This document shows positions 1 to 12,474 of a DNA stretch of 64,000 nt, one piece after another. Position numbers and translations under genes: made by a program. Under the pieces are notes generated by a model. It searched no databases. It was not told the DNA's origin and worked only from the letters and a program-made list of their open reading frames with translations. Origin of the DNA: Chlorokybus atmophyticus (lineage: Eukaryota > Plantae > Mesostigma and Chlorokybus algae); assembly GCA_009103225.1 (NCBI GenBank), contig RHPI01000008.1, positions 573,412 through 637,411 on the forward strand, read 5' to 3'. Each line of letters begins with the position of its first letter. Position 1 is the stretch's first letter.

Positions 1-329
1 AGTAGTAACACCACACTTATTGCAACCATCACACAGTTGCTCTGCGCACCATATATTGTTACCCACACGTGCAATGGTCAGTCACATGCAGCATTGCATA
101 TATACTACACATGCAGACCGTCCACTCCACGTTGTTGTCCACTGCCACGTCCTTAGTGCGTCACAGCGGCGGTGCTGACACGACGGCTGCCACACAGGCA
201 GTGCTCCAGCGCCATCACTGGCGTGTCCTGATGTCACCGCTGTATCGTTGCCGTCATTGTCAGCATCACCCTGCTGCCGCTGCTTGCACTTAGCTACGAA
301 GCCCCTAGCTAGCCTCCTGGTGTATACAG

Positions 330-1000
330 AAAATTCAAGTGATCATGATACATGCAACATGCATAACACGTGCATTGATCACAAAGCTCACCATCATGCA
401 ATGATTATCTACCACCGGGGTCTACCTGTACTAGCCACGTAGCTATTGCAACTACTGCCTTCAACCCCCATCAGACATACATGCGTGTGCTCATTACCTG
501 CACGCGTGTGCAGTCAGTTGGTCTTGCAGTTCTTCGCAGCAGCAGCCAGGAGCATGCGCAGCAGACGAACTCCCACTCCCCCTCTCTCTCCCGTTCTCCT
601 TCATTCACAGCCTCACTCCCGCCATTCCCACGCCCCTCAGCCCCGCCCCTCCGCCCCGCTCTTGCGCCCTGCCCTGTCGGCAGTGGTGCTGTCGTACTTG
701 CAGCTGCTGTATGTGCCGGTTAGGCGCTGCCAGTGGGGTTAGGTGGTGGGGTTGGCCTATCGTCGCCGTAGCATGGGCAAGCTGCACTACCAACAGCCTG
801 CTCCCCATGCATGTGTGACGTCCTTCAGTCCTTGTGCAGTATGCATCTGTCGCCGCAGCTTCTTCACCACTGTCATGTACAGTAGCTTTGGTGGTGTACA
901 GTACACATACGCATCACTTCGTCCCAGCCTTTGCCGCAACTACGCCAGCAGCTTCTTTATCGGGTAGCCATCGCTTTGCATGGCCGCCAGCAGTTCCGCC
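330..1000 (+). repeat. Dispersed degenerate repeat family, copy A (CACCACCGGG core, pyrimidine tract, TACCAACAGCCTGCTCCCCATGC block)
   Basis: Shares the core ctaccaccgggg...accccatcagacatacatgc and the block ggttaggtggtggggttgg...taccaacagcctgctccccatgc with 1590-2430; boundaries approximate. Confidence 0.6.
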
Positions 1001-1589
1001 ATAGCCGCCACGAAGTGGGCCTTGTACGTACACACGCGGACAAAGCGTGCGTACTGCGAGACGATGACGCCTTAATTTTGTGGTGGACGGCGTGTTTGAG
1101 GTCGGCAGCGGTGCTCTGTGGCGTGGTATGGCGTGCTAGGCTGGCGACTGCTGATTGCTGTACATATCGCATCAGCAATTAACGTGGTGATGATGCATCA
1201 ACAATACGTTCATGCATCAACATATTGCACCAACAATCTGCTGCCCAGCTGCTCGCTTGTTTTGTGCAGCGATCAACAACTGTGGCAGTGGCTTCGGCTG
1301 TAGTGGTTGAGTCGGCCGTGCACGCAACCAGGGCTGCAAGTAAGCGATTCAGTACAGTGCACGCCCCCCTGACCCCGCTCCCCCACCAAACGGGGGGTAT
1401 ATTATACATGTGACGTACGAAGTATGTCCACTATACGTTATGCACGTTTGCATGGATGCACTGTGGATGTAGCACGTTGGTGCTGTTTATAGCAACTGAC
1501 TTGTTTGTTCTGCTTCAACATCCGTCATCAAGTAAGGCCGGCTGCACACGCCATGTACATGTGTACGGGGTGCTGTATCATACATGTTC

Positions 1590-2430
1590 AAGGCGTATAA
1601 TATAGTATGCAAGGATTGTGGCATGCATGAGAATGTAGCAAACATGCATGCAGTCCGCACACTACACCATCGCACTCTTATATTCACCACCGGGATGTCC
1701 AAGTTCACTACTTATCTACCTTGACTACTGCCCATACCCCGTGCAACACACATGCATGCACGTGTATTTACCTGTACAACACGACCAGGGCAGCGTTAAC
1801 AACGGTAGTCAGCAGATGTAGCGGTGCAGCAGTGGCAATGCAGTCAGCAGGCAGCCCATGAGTTCCCTTCCCCTCCCTCTCCCTTCCTCCTTCCCCTATG
1901 TCTCCCTCTCTCTCTTCCTCCCCCTCCTGCTCCTCTCCCTCCTCCGCCTCTATCTCCCTCCGCTCCTCCTTCTCTTCTCTTCGGCCGCAGTCGCTGCGAC
2001 TCGCAATCCTCGGCGCTGCTGATGTGGCAGGGCCCCTCTCCCCGCCCCTCTGCCCTGTCTCCCTCTGGCACACGCATGCAGGGCGACTGCTAGCACTGTC
2101 AGCCCTGCGTTGCGCAGTGTCGCTGTTGACGGTTAGGTGTCGGTGGTGGGGTTGGGTGGTGGGGTTGGTGTCCTCCTTCGTTCGCACGGGCACGCTGTGT
2201 TACCAACAGCCTGCTCCCCATGCAGTGCATCTGTCGCTCATCACCGGTAGTGCTGCTGCAAGTACTTGACCACCATCATGTAGAGCAGCATTGGTGCTGT
2301 GCAGTAGACGTATGCATCTGTCTTTGACATTCTTTGTCGCAGCGTCGCGTTTGCATGCGCACTCAGTTGGTACACATGCACATTCACATGCACAGCAGCC
2401 GCTCACCACAGCCATCATCACATTCAAGTT
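1590..2430 (+). repeat. Dispersed degenerate repeat family, copy B
   Basis: ttcaccaccggg core at ~1683, CT-rich tract 1865-1985, taccaacagcctgctccccatgc at ~2201; 1750-2120 is the approximate reverse complement of 6250-6590. Confidence 0.65.
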
Positions 2431-3054
2431 ACCACCGCCAGGCTATATGCTCTGTCAACTCAACCTATCTACCCCGCATGCCCCTCAACAGCAAGAACTC
2501 ACTGTAATACCTGCACAGCGGCTGTGGTCCGGCCAGCCCTTGTAGCGGCAACAAAAACAGTGGTGCACTCGACGGACTCCTCCACCCCCGCTCCCACCCC
2601 CACCGTCACCAATTCGACGGCACGCCTGTGTACATTTATTAGTGGATATGCGTATTGAGTAAGGCAACGGCAAGGCTCCAAACCAGCATGACAACATCTG
2701 CTCAAAGACGCTCAATGTAGTTGCCACAGTCCTGCGGGTGTGATGTACAGTTGCAATGAGGAGTGCCTTGCGCACAATTAACTCACGGACATCAGTAATG
2801 TTAGCCAACAGTCTACATGACATTGAAACAAGGAAGACAAGCATGCAACTGCGGGTTGTTGTGCCTACCAAGCCACATCAGACGATTAACATGATATAAC
2901 TACCACAACATTACATACACTGGAAGCTGACACACAGTGAATAGAATGTGTTCACCCATGAGTGCAATGCATGTCGCTTGTATGTCTCGGCACACGATGC
3001 ATGCCGCCATAGTAGCACACCCCTTTAGTACACAATCAGCTATCTGAGGTGTTA

Positions 3055-3300
3055 CTACTTTAGCCCTGTGAGATACATCAGGCTCACGTCAACCGTTTCA
3101 AACGGTTTGGCAAAGTACACCATGGCTTCTCGGAAGGCCTTTGAGGTGTCCGTCAAGGCCTTGCGCTGACTCATAAGAGTCTCTTGAAGGCCATGGCGGC
3201 TGTCATTGAGACCAGAGCGCTTCCCAATTAGGTCATCCACTTGTTCTTTGAGCGCAACGATCTTAGATCGTTGGGCAGTGCCCATCGACCTTGGGCACCC
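3055..3300 (-). CDS. Unassigned helical/coiled-coil ORF segment, possibly a terminal exon or TE remnant
   Basis: ORF track 3055..3534; KEQVDDLIGKRSGLNDSRHGLQETLMSQRKALTDTSKAFREAM looks coiled-coil-like; no family recognised. Confidence 0.25.
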   Translation of the reverse strand, partial: GCPRSMGTAQRSKIVALKEQVDDLIGKRSGLNDSRHGLQETLMSQRKALTDTSKAFREAMVYFAKPFETVDVSLMYLTGLK

Positions 3301-3891
3301 GATAACGGTTTCGTCGCAAATCTTACTCGATGACTGACTAAGGACTGAAGGCCTGACGGGTGCCTGAGCCTGCCTGAGCCTGCCTGAAATGTTACTTTTG
3401 GACGGTTGGGTTTGCCGTTGGCTTGAGTGGACTGACGCAGACGGCCGCGGGCCGAAAGTGGTTGTCAGTGGCACTGACCGGCCGAGAGCTGTCAACCAGT
3501 TACCCTTTGGCCGATGTGCACAAATGGCCGTCACGGTCCATAACTATCGGCTAACGGTTAGCCGGTAGTTACGGACAGCTGACAGCAATAGCCGGCAGTT
3601 TCTTTGCCGTTACACTGCTGTTAATATGTGACCCTTACCGTTTGACAAAAGTTGGCAATTCTTGCCGTAAGCCAACAGCAACATGCCATGCAGCTTGCAC
3701 AAACCTTGGACTGATTGTTTGGTGTTGCAACTATAAGCCCACAATATATACAATGTACCGGCAGTGGTGAAAGTATGTCCACTTGCAACTGAGCAGCCGA
3801 CTTGCGCATGAAACTACCCTATAACATTGAGTCTAGCTGTCGCACTCATGCGCAGTTTGTCAACCCGTGGTGCCTGCCTCAGAACTTCTCC

Positions 3892-4337
3892 TCAAACCCC
3901 CTCCTCCTGTTCCTCTTCCGACAAGTCTTCTGCTTCAACATCGGAGTCATCTTCATCTGCTGCCTCGCTCGCTAACAGTACAGCGGCTATTTCGTCCTTC
4001 AGCTTGAATGTCAGCGCCTCGCCGTGCACGCGCATGCACTTGATGGTCGCTTTAAGAGTGACCACCTGCATTTGGTAATGCTGTAAGAGTGGCGTGCTGC
4101 CAGAGGACTAGCCCATCAGCATACACATGCTTACCTCGTCTTCCGCTTTGTTGCACTCCGCCAGGCAAACAGTCAGCCTGCCGCGCTGCTCTCGGTTTAC
4201 TCTGACCAACATGGCAATCTGCAAGCATACTGCTTAATTGCCGCTGGAAACATTAAACTAGGTCATGGATGACCCGTTCGTGGTACTCCGCAGCTTCTCT
4301 TTTGCGGCTTGTGAGCTCCCGCAAGTAGAAATAGGCT
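3892..4337 (-). CDS. Small spliced coiled-coil protein with acidic tail, 5' end not found
   Basis: Phase-0 exons ~4337-4259, 4218-4135 and 4065-3892 joined by GT..AG introns of 40 and 69 nt give YFYLRELTSRKREAAEYHERVIHDL-IAMLVRVNREQRGRLTVCLAECNKAEDE-VVTLKATIK...EDDSDVEAEDLSEEEQEEGV*. Confidence 0.5.
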
Positions 4338-4509
4338 GTGCATTTGCGAGACTGGCCATGCTGTTCATGTGCATGACACTAGAGGCTGTGCATGAGGGTG
4401 TGCATGTGGTATTGACAGTGTATGTCATGTGCAAGATACTTGAGGCTGTGCATGTGCAAGATAAAAGAACCCTAGCATGTGGCATTGTCAGTGCATCGTA
4501 ACCCACCTT

Positions 4510-4838
4510 GGTTATGCCAGTCTGTTTGGTCCCTTAAATCATGTCGCCGTGGTCGCAGCTGCTGGTGGGTCGGATGTTCTTAGAGGCAGTATCGTGGTGT
4601 GCCTTTGCCCACTCGAAGGGGGAGCCCCGTAAGATATCGCCCGAGTCACTGTTGTCATGGGCTGTGCCCTTGGTAGGCATGGTGGGGGTTTAACACCAAG
4701 GACACCCCTCCGGCACCCTGCCCGCCCTGTGCGAACATGAAATTCATCCCGGACCTCGACCACAATGCCCACTACGCCCCTGGCAGTGCCGCCAACGATC
4801 CACCAAACGCCACATACCCTCGGCATCACGCCCCTGTA
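4510..4838. mobile_element. MITE-like fragment with CGCCCCTG ends and a 47-bp core shared with 11963-12007
   Basis: ccctgcccgccctgtgcgaacatgaaattcatcccggacctcgacca is identical at ~4717-4762 and ~11963-12007; ctacgcccctg (~4773) and tcacgcccctg (~4828) resemble DNA-transposon TIR ends. Confidence 0.45.
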
Positions 4839-5199
4839 AGGGCATAGCTTGGCGGAGCTATCAATGGTGTTTTCATGCGCAGGGACTGGCATTGCCAGCA
4901 CTTGTCAATGGTACGAACTGCCATTGCCACTGTACAAAGGTACCATTTGTATGGTACCTTTTGGCAAAGGCATTCTCGTACTATTGAAATGGCTCAATCA
5001 GGATATGTATGCAAAGACTTACTTGGGACGTGCAATGGCTCGATCGTACCATAATAATGGTACGACGGAGCCAGTGAATGGCGGCCAAGTTTTCCGCCTC
5101 TGGCATGCAAGGGTAGCGGTGGCGGTGGCGGTGGCGGCGGGTGTGCGTGTTGCTGGATATGATGCAGCTTACATTGGCGACACATGTGTCGACGTCAGT

Positions 5200-6250
5200 A
5201 GTGAGATATGGGGGTCCTTTGTCCGTGTTGCCACATGCGCTTCGCCACAAGCAGCTCGGTCCACATGCACATTGTTAGCAGCAGGGTGTGCAAGCAAATC
5301 AAGCTGTATGTCGGCCAGCGTTCATTACAGTACGATGCGGGTCATGTTGAACCGGGGTGTTCGATCCAAGATGCGCACATGCTTGATGCTGAAGGATTCC
5401 TCCAAGAGACACACGCACAGCAGCAATAGGAGGAGGAGGAAGTGAACGAGGGCTTTCGATGTGTGCGTGTGCCTAAGAAACCTGTAGCACGCCAACACGG
5501 AAGTGGAGGCATCTTTTTGCACGCGTCGGAATTCAGGTGGTATGGCTCGGAGCATGCTCTTGCAGTGGCATTCGTGCATTGCAACAACGGCCAAGGCCTG
5601 TCGGCCTCCGACATGGGGCGGATCATTAAGTACATCCGAAATGCACACTTGCTGACGGAAGAGCTCCAGTGGGAGAACGGTGTGCATGTGGCCAGCTACC
5701 TCCGGACCACGATTGCTTTCTCTGAGTCTGAGATGTGTTCACAGTGTGCGGTGCATATACTTCAACTATCAGAGCCATGTCACATATGCACATGCGAGTG
5801 TGCTGCCATATCAGAACTACGTGACGGCTGACCTGCGCAAGCCTGGAGACCTTGAGGATCAGGACATCAGCGTCACATATATGCCGGCCAAGGTCTGTGA
5901 AATGCAGTACCTGATGCAGTATCGATGCAGTATCTATTGTGAGGCCAGCATGCCTGTTAATGCTCTTGGTTGGAGCAGGTATGGCTCGCGCGGTTGTATG
6001 GCAATCCACATGCCGCTAATGGCTTCAATCTCCAGTACGGTGGTGACGAGCACAGCTTTGGCCATCCTTCCACGGGCGATTGGTGGAAGGATGTGGAGGT
6101 GGACTTGATGAGGGAGGTGGGGGAAGCGTCCTACTTGGCGCCTGCCATTCTGTACAGTGACAAGACCACACTGGACAGCGCGGGCAAGCGCTCTGGCTAC
6201 CCTCTGATGGCATCGCTTGCCAATTACAGTTGGGACATGTATGCTAGCAA
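5200..6250 (+). pseudogene. Truncated Plavaka-family transposase with N-terminal C2HC zinc finger
   Basis: CPCCHMRFATSSSVHMHIVSSRVC finger, then HPSTGDWWKDVEVDL...LAPAILYSDKTTLDSAGKRSGYPLMASLAN matching the Plavaka pattern TGDWW...PIILxSDKTxL...xPVYxTIGN; in-frame stop at ~5427; cut at ~6250 by an inverted repeat copy. Confidence 0.75.
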
Positions 6251-6740
6251 CATGTCCCAAGCGACATTGCACAATGCAGTGCTGCCGGTCGCACTGCATG
6301 CGTGTAGCAGAGAGGGGCGGGGCAGAGGGGCCCTGCCACATTAGCAGCTGCAAGGGTTGCAGTCAAGGCGACGGCAACCGAAGAGAAGGAGGAGGAGAGG
6401 GAGACGGAGGAGGGAGAGAGAGAGGGGAGGAGGGACGGAGGGAGAGGGCGGGGGAGGGGGACACGTGGGCATGCTGCATGCTGCGTTAAAACTGCTGCAC
6501 CGCTACAGCGAGTGACAACCGTTATTGACGCTGCTGTCGTCGTGTTGTACAGGTAACTATGGATTGTGTGCGTTGGTTGCATGGCATGCATGACTGACGG
6601 GGTGGTAGCGGTAGTGGTGATAGGTGTAGAGATAGGATAGTGTGACGGGTGATAAAATAGCCCAGTGGTGTTCTATTGACTGAGTGATGTTGTGTGCGAT
6701 GCGTGTGTTGTGCATGTGGTGCATGTCGTGCATGTGGTAC
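6250..6740 (-). repeat. Dispersed repeat family, copy C (inverted), interrupting the Plavaka ORF
   Basis: Reverse complement of ~1680-2125 (gagaggggcggggcagaggggccctgccacattagcagc versus gctgctgatgtggcagggcccctctccccgcccctc). Confidence 0.65.
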
Positions 6741-7000
6741 AATATATATAGGATGCAGAGATTGTGGCATGTATCACAATGTGAGGCATGCATTGCACAC
6801 CACACACAACAGCACACAACACTTACATTCACCACCGGGTGCTCTTCCTACTTACTACCTACCTAACTTCACTACTAGCTCAAACCCCGTTAGACAAGCA
6901 TGCATGCACGCGCATCACCTGCACCACGGCCGTTGGTGTGCATGTGTGTGGGCATGCGTTGCACGCAGTCAATCCCCTCCCTGGGGTCCATGCAGTGACT
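6735..7000 (+). repeat. Dispersed repeat family, copy D (partial)
   Basis: gattgtggcatg...cattcaccaccggg...accccgttagacaagcatgcatgc parallels 1615-1760. Confidence 0.55.
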
Positions 7001-8950
7001 GACATCGTCATCCAAATCAACTTCAAGAACGCCATTTGCAGTCCCTGCCTCCATCAGCCGTGCAACTTCTCCCACAACTGCTGTGCAGCTCATTAGGAGC
7101 ATGATGAGATGCAATCAGACCAGCCACTCGTTTGCCGTGCAAAAGCTAATTTATTCACTAAATTGAGAGACGCTGCCACATATGGACCTGTGGTCAGCTG
7201 TGTCCAAACGCTAGCCAAGCCCGCAACCACCTTATTGACTAACGCACTCACACCTTCTCTGCCATGTACTTGACGCAAAGTTATTTACAGCGCATCAAGC
7301 ATGACAACACTAACATTCCCAGCACAGTGCACTCATCTCTGTACATAGTTGACACCGCCTACCACCGAAGTACACAAGCCGCAGCACTGCCAGGTTTGTT
7401 CAACTTGACTTGGCATGCTCGCCCGCAGACGACTCCGCCACGGTGCCTCCACCTTGCTCACCACCCGCAACCGTTTTCTCGAGCTTCCCGCGTATGGTGT
7501 GGTCATGGATTGTCGCCAAGATCACAGCTGCAAATTAGGGTTAGTGTGCAGGTGCAGAGATCGAGGTTAACAATGGCATGTGCTGCATGGAAAGCAGCTA
7601 AACTCAACAGCTGATCAACAGAGACATGTGAGCATGCATTAGTGACATGCATCGCTTCAGTGTGGTATCAGCTATACCCAAACGGAAAAAGAAGGTTGCT
7701 TGCACAAGCGCAGCACTTGAATGCTAACTTGACCCGAGACAGTTCGTGATAAGATGGCAATTTGCTTGCAAAGCTCTCATGCAAGATTTCGCCAAGCCAG
7801 ACATGCTGCGCAAGTGCTGCGAGCCATCAACCCACAACACATACCTGAGACTGCGAATATCGCGGCGATGGCGATGATAGCGACAATGGTGACAAGCGAG
7901 GTGAAGATGACAAATCTGATGCGGAAGAGCGCCAGGGACGCCACGACTGCAATCGCAATTGTCGAAAAGATTGTCGCCGCCGTGATCTTCCCGGTGATGC
8001 CATGCCCTACGGGCAGCGGAGGTACAGGTGATGACTGTTGTGGAGGAGCCATTCTCTTGCAGCGTTGAGGCTTGCAAAATCTGCACACAGAACCTTCTCA
8101 GCATGCAAGCCCAACGGAACCAGTGCATTGATGTGGTGGACAGGTAAACTGCAAAATCCCCGTCATGACAACCACAAAGCAGGGCAAAACAACGCACAGC
8201 CGAAGCAAGGCAGCAGAGATGGAAGGTTGTCATGCACGACAAGTGATCATGCTGGAGAAGGAAAGCAAACCTCAGCCATAGGGTATAGGCCAACAAGAGC
8301 GTTGCATGCAGCAAGCTGCATGGTTTGAACGATTTGCTGGAAGAAGTCTGTCATCTGCCTTTTTACTTAGCACCATGCAGCTTCCCGCAAGAAGTCAACA
8401 TGCACACCTAGCCGTCTAACCTTTAAGCAATGTGTAAGAGACGCCTGCACAGCCCATCAAACCCTGAACGAAAGCGCAAGCCACTGCCAAACTCGGACGG
8501 ACCAAGCCAGGGTCGCATGGCCCTAACTACCTTTTTCGGGCAAGGCATAGATTCAGCAGTCAAGCTGTCACTACAGAAAGCTCGACTAAGTTCCTCACAT
8601 GCACACAGGCAGCTGTTGCCATGGCAGGCACACCACGCCCACTGCGAGCAGCTTGCAACAACTTTCCCCGCTAGCCAACAGTACACGTACCTTGCGTGAC
8701 ACGACAGGCGCAAGCACGCCCGAAGGTACAAACCTCCCTCCTCCGCCTCCTCCTCCGCCGCCGCCGCCCGCTTCACGCAACTACGCCTCACCCACAGCCT
8801 GTGACTGACAGGTCTAGAGAATAAGCTTTCGTTAGGCTTGCGGTTTCCCGCGCTTTGCTTGCGGAGCTAGCTTCTTGCTGCACCCGTGGCAGGCGGCGGC
8901 GAGGCGCACGAAGCAGGAGGGTCGGAGAGTGTCTCTCTGCCGTTTGCAAC

Positions 8951-11775
8951 ATGGACGACGCCGCTGACATGGCTGAGCCCATGGACCAGGAGGGTCCTGA
9001 GGCCACGACAAGGTAAAGGGCAATGGGCAGTTAGCTTTGGTTGAGAAGCGCCAGCGCGAGCCTAAGCGGTGAAGAGTTTGACAAACACAGTGTTGCTCTC
9101 AGTGAATCGCCGTATGACGAGCTGTTGGCGGCGCCTGTGTCCCAAGCGCAGGCGAATGGTCGTCGAGCTCGACGCACCGCCGAGTACATTGCCCATGTGA
9201 GAAATGCTTGCAAGAATGCTTTTGTTCTAGTTACTTACAACAACAGCAACATTGCAAGTACTCAAAAGTTTGGTTTTCTTTCTTGTGCGCATTATGGGAC
9301 CCCGCCAGTTGATTTGTTGCATGCAAGCACTGCATGCACCGTGATCGCATTGCTCTGCTCTCAGCTTTGAGCGCAGCTCTGCAAGCTGGGAGAGGCGCAA
9401 TGCGCACGTCCGGTCACAGCGTCTCTTCACGTCGTGGACAATTTCGTGTTGCATGTTATCACGAGGTCATGCATTTGGGGTCTGTTTCGTTCGAGGGCAG
9501 CAAGTGGTCAACCCCTTGTCTTGCGCAGGATGAACGCTTTGTATTGTCAGAGAAGAAGTACACGCAGCAGTATGCACAGATATACTTTCAGCGCTTGATG
9601 CTGTTGCGCCGACTCATGGAGCAGCGAGTGTCCAAACAATGGCCCAATTTGCCAGGTGAACACCGCACAGCGCAGTTTCTTGTCTCACTGTGTCCACTTG
9701 TGTTTTACTTATCGTTGTTGCGTTGGCAGTTAGGAAAATCCTATCATTGGAAGAAGAGGTGGATTGCTGTGTGATTGGCACCTTGTATAAGGAGATGGCA
9801 TTGAAGCCGTGCATACTAGACGATTACCTGAAAGATGTGAGTTGCAGTCTCGTGCTTTCCTGAGTCATACAGCCTCCATGCAGGTGCTATTACTGAAGGT
9901 TGGGTATCTGTTAGAGGTCAATTGCACCCCTGGTGAAAGGTACCAAATTTGTCAAGCCAGATGATGCGTTGCACTTGGAGGACGAGAGCGGACGCATGCG
10001 GTTAATTGGTGCTGCCATTGACACGCAGACGCTTGTCTCAGGTAAACTGCAAGCCTGTCACTATCTGTTGCAAGTAACTGCAAGTGTTCATCTAAAATAT
10101 CCTGCAGGCATTGTAATAGCTGTGCGCGGGCGAGAGAAGAAGGGTGGAGATTTTGAGGTGTCGGAAGTACTCCTGCCAGAGCTGCCACCGCAGCCACCTC
10201 TGCCATCACCTGGTAAAGTCCTTGTCAGGTGGCTTACAAACTGAACCACATCACGTGTAACTTTGACTTCCGAGCAGGCAAGGATGCGTATGTGGCGATT
10301 GTGTCGGGACTTGGGTTGGGTGGTGCCACTGCGTCACCTTTGCATGCGCAGTTGCTTGTGGACTACCTCACCGGCCACCTTGGGAGTCCACAGGTATAAC
10401 ACAGACGGATGATTGTGGTCGGGCATGTGTTTCTTACAGCATGCATCGCAGGAACAAGCAATGAGTGCACGCATTGTCCGAGTGATTGTGGCCGGCGACT
10501 CTCTTGGCACATCCGTGAGCTCTGTTGCAGATCCGGTAAGCTGTCGGATGGCACAATGTCATGTCACATAGCCTCTGATGTGGTGTTGATGCAACTGCCA
10601 GGTGATTGGGCCAAAGGTACAATCGCAAGTTGCGGCGCAGCTGCAAGAAGCAGACCTGACCATCACACAAGTAAGTGGCATGTGGGTGCAACTTTGCTAT
10701 CTGATGGACTCACAACCTGTCCGCCTACAGCTAGCAGCTGCGATGCCTATTGATGTACTACCTGGCAGCAATGACCCTGCCAACTATTCGCTGCCTCAGC
10801 AGGTGAAGTGACTTCCGTCAGCTGAACTAGTACTGAACTAGTACTTAAGTACTCCCAAGGTTCCATCATTACTGTCTGAGTCTCTCATCATATATTGAAA
10901 TTGTTTACGACTGCCATCTGCAGCCTTTGCATCCTTGCTTGTTTCAAGCAGCCTCTCATTACTCGAGCTACCTTGCTGTAACAAATCCTCACGAGTGCGA
11001 CATTGGTGGAGTCAGGTATATATATACCGTTGAATTGGCCAACAGTCATTTGGAAACGGTTTGTAAGAGGTGATCCAATGCAGGTTTCTTGGCACCTCAG
11101 GACAAAATGTCGATGATATCTGGAAGTACAGCGCTCAGGAAGATCGGTTGGCACTAATGGAGCTGACATTGCAAGCCCGCCACCTGGCACCAACTGCTCC
11201 AGATACGCTTGGTATGGGTCTGTTGCATCAATATTGTTTTCAGTCCGAAGCAGGATGCCTTACCATCGTTATGCTCTCCAGCCTGCTATCCTTTCGCCGA
11301 TAGAGAGCCGTTCATCATTGAGACATGTCCGCATGTGTACTACACTGGCAATCAGCCATCTTTTGCAACAAAGAAGCTCATGGGTACCAACTCAGTTCTA
11401 TACTTTCCTGTCAAATGTCGTGCGTTCTTGCCTTGTCAATATTGCCAACCCGGTCTTGGGGTCAAATTACAGGACTGGATGGGCAAGAAACGCGGATAGT
11501 GCTTATTCCTCGCTTTGACCAGTCGGGCACTGTTGTGTTGGTAAGTACAGGTTTGTGTTGCCAGATGCTTTGCTCACACTGTAGACACAACTCTAGCAGT
11601 AAATGCATGAGCTGCTTGTTTGCCTGTACAATTTCAAAGTAGCAATTTCACCAGCTTGCGGGTGTGCGGTTGATGTGTTCACACGATGGGGTGAAGCTAA
11701 CTTATGGTTGTGCAGGTCAATCTGGCAACATTGAAGTGTCATCCAGTCACATTCTCGACTGCACTTGCAGCGTAA
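8951..11775 (+). CDS. POLD2: DNA polymerase delta small subunit (multi-exon)
   Basis: Exon peptides [137 protein letters not shown]; stop TAA 11773-11775; first exons tentative. Confidence 0.95.
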
Positions 11776-11929
11776 TGTCAAGACACGCTTCCTGCCACTT
11801 TCACGGCAGCAGATCTTGCAACATTGGCGTTCATTGGGACAACTGTAAGCTGTGCCAAGAGATGATATGGCCTGACTACCGATGCTTGTCATCAATTGTA
11901 TCATTCTTGTCTGCGCTTCATGTCGCACG

Positions 11930-12065
11930 GGGTGCTTGCGGTCCCCCTAGCCCCCCCCCCCCCTGCCCGCCCTGTGCGAACATGAAATTCATCCCGGACC
12001 TCGACCANNNNNNNNNNNNNNNNNNNNNNNNNNNNNNNCCACCACCACCACACACCCGCCCCTTC
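11930..12065. mobile_element. Second MITE-like copy between the convergent POLD2 and MSL 3' ends; spans an assembly gap (N 12008-12038)
   Basis: 47-bp core identical to ~4717-4762; cgcccct near 12057. Confidence 0.4.
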
Positions 12066-12474
12066 ACCCCCTCTCTCATGATGACATCTCAAGCATTGTC
12101 TGTTTGTGGTTTGCACCAACATTACAGTGAGCGTATAAGCTTCATGCAGGTGGGCTGTACAGTTGTTCCTGGGCTGGATGGGTACAAATCAGGTCACTTC
12201 GGCTCAATCCAGCACCAATTGGTGTTGGCCTTGCACTGCCAGCGGTTTGACACCAGTAGCAATTCAAAAGTGCATGGCTGAAGTGTGCACCACACACCAG
12301 TATGCGCATGACACGGACTTGCCATGACTTCCACCAGTGAAAACAGTAGCCTGTAGTGGTGAACTGTGTTCTCTACATGCAACTTGGCTGTGGTTGGCAC
12401 CATGCTCAATTACCACATCTAACCCTAACTGCCCCTTCGTCCCTCACCAACAATGAACAGCGCAATCAGCCAGG

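Noticed and set aside
733-760. GGGGTTAGG words as telomeric repeats
   Set aside because: Isolated single words within the dispersed repeat, not tandem arrays
1768-2269. Long Glu/Arg/Gly- or Ser/Pro-rich ORFs (also 5934-6591)
   Set aside because: They are translations of the CT/GA-rich tract of the dispersed repeat, open in several frames on both strands
7101-7107. ATGATGA C-box suggesting a C/D snoRNA
   Set aside because: No D box (CTGA) or terminal stem found at a suitable distance
7754-8068. 104-aa protein-like ORF
   Set aside because: No recognisable domain or supportable splice context; left unannotated
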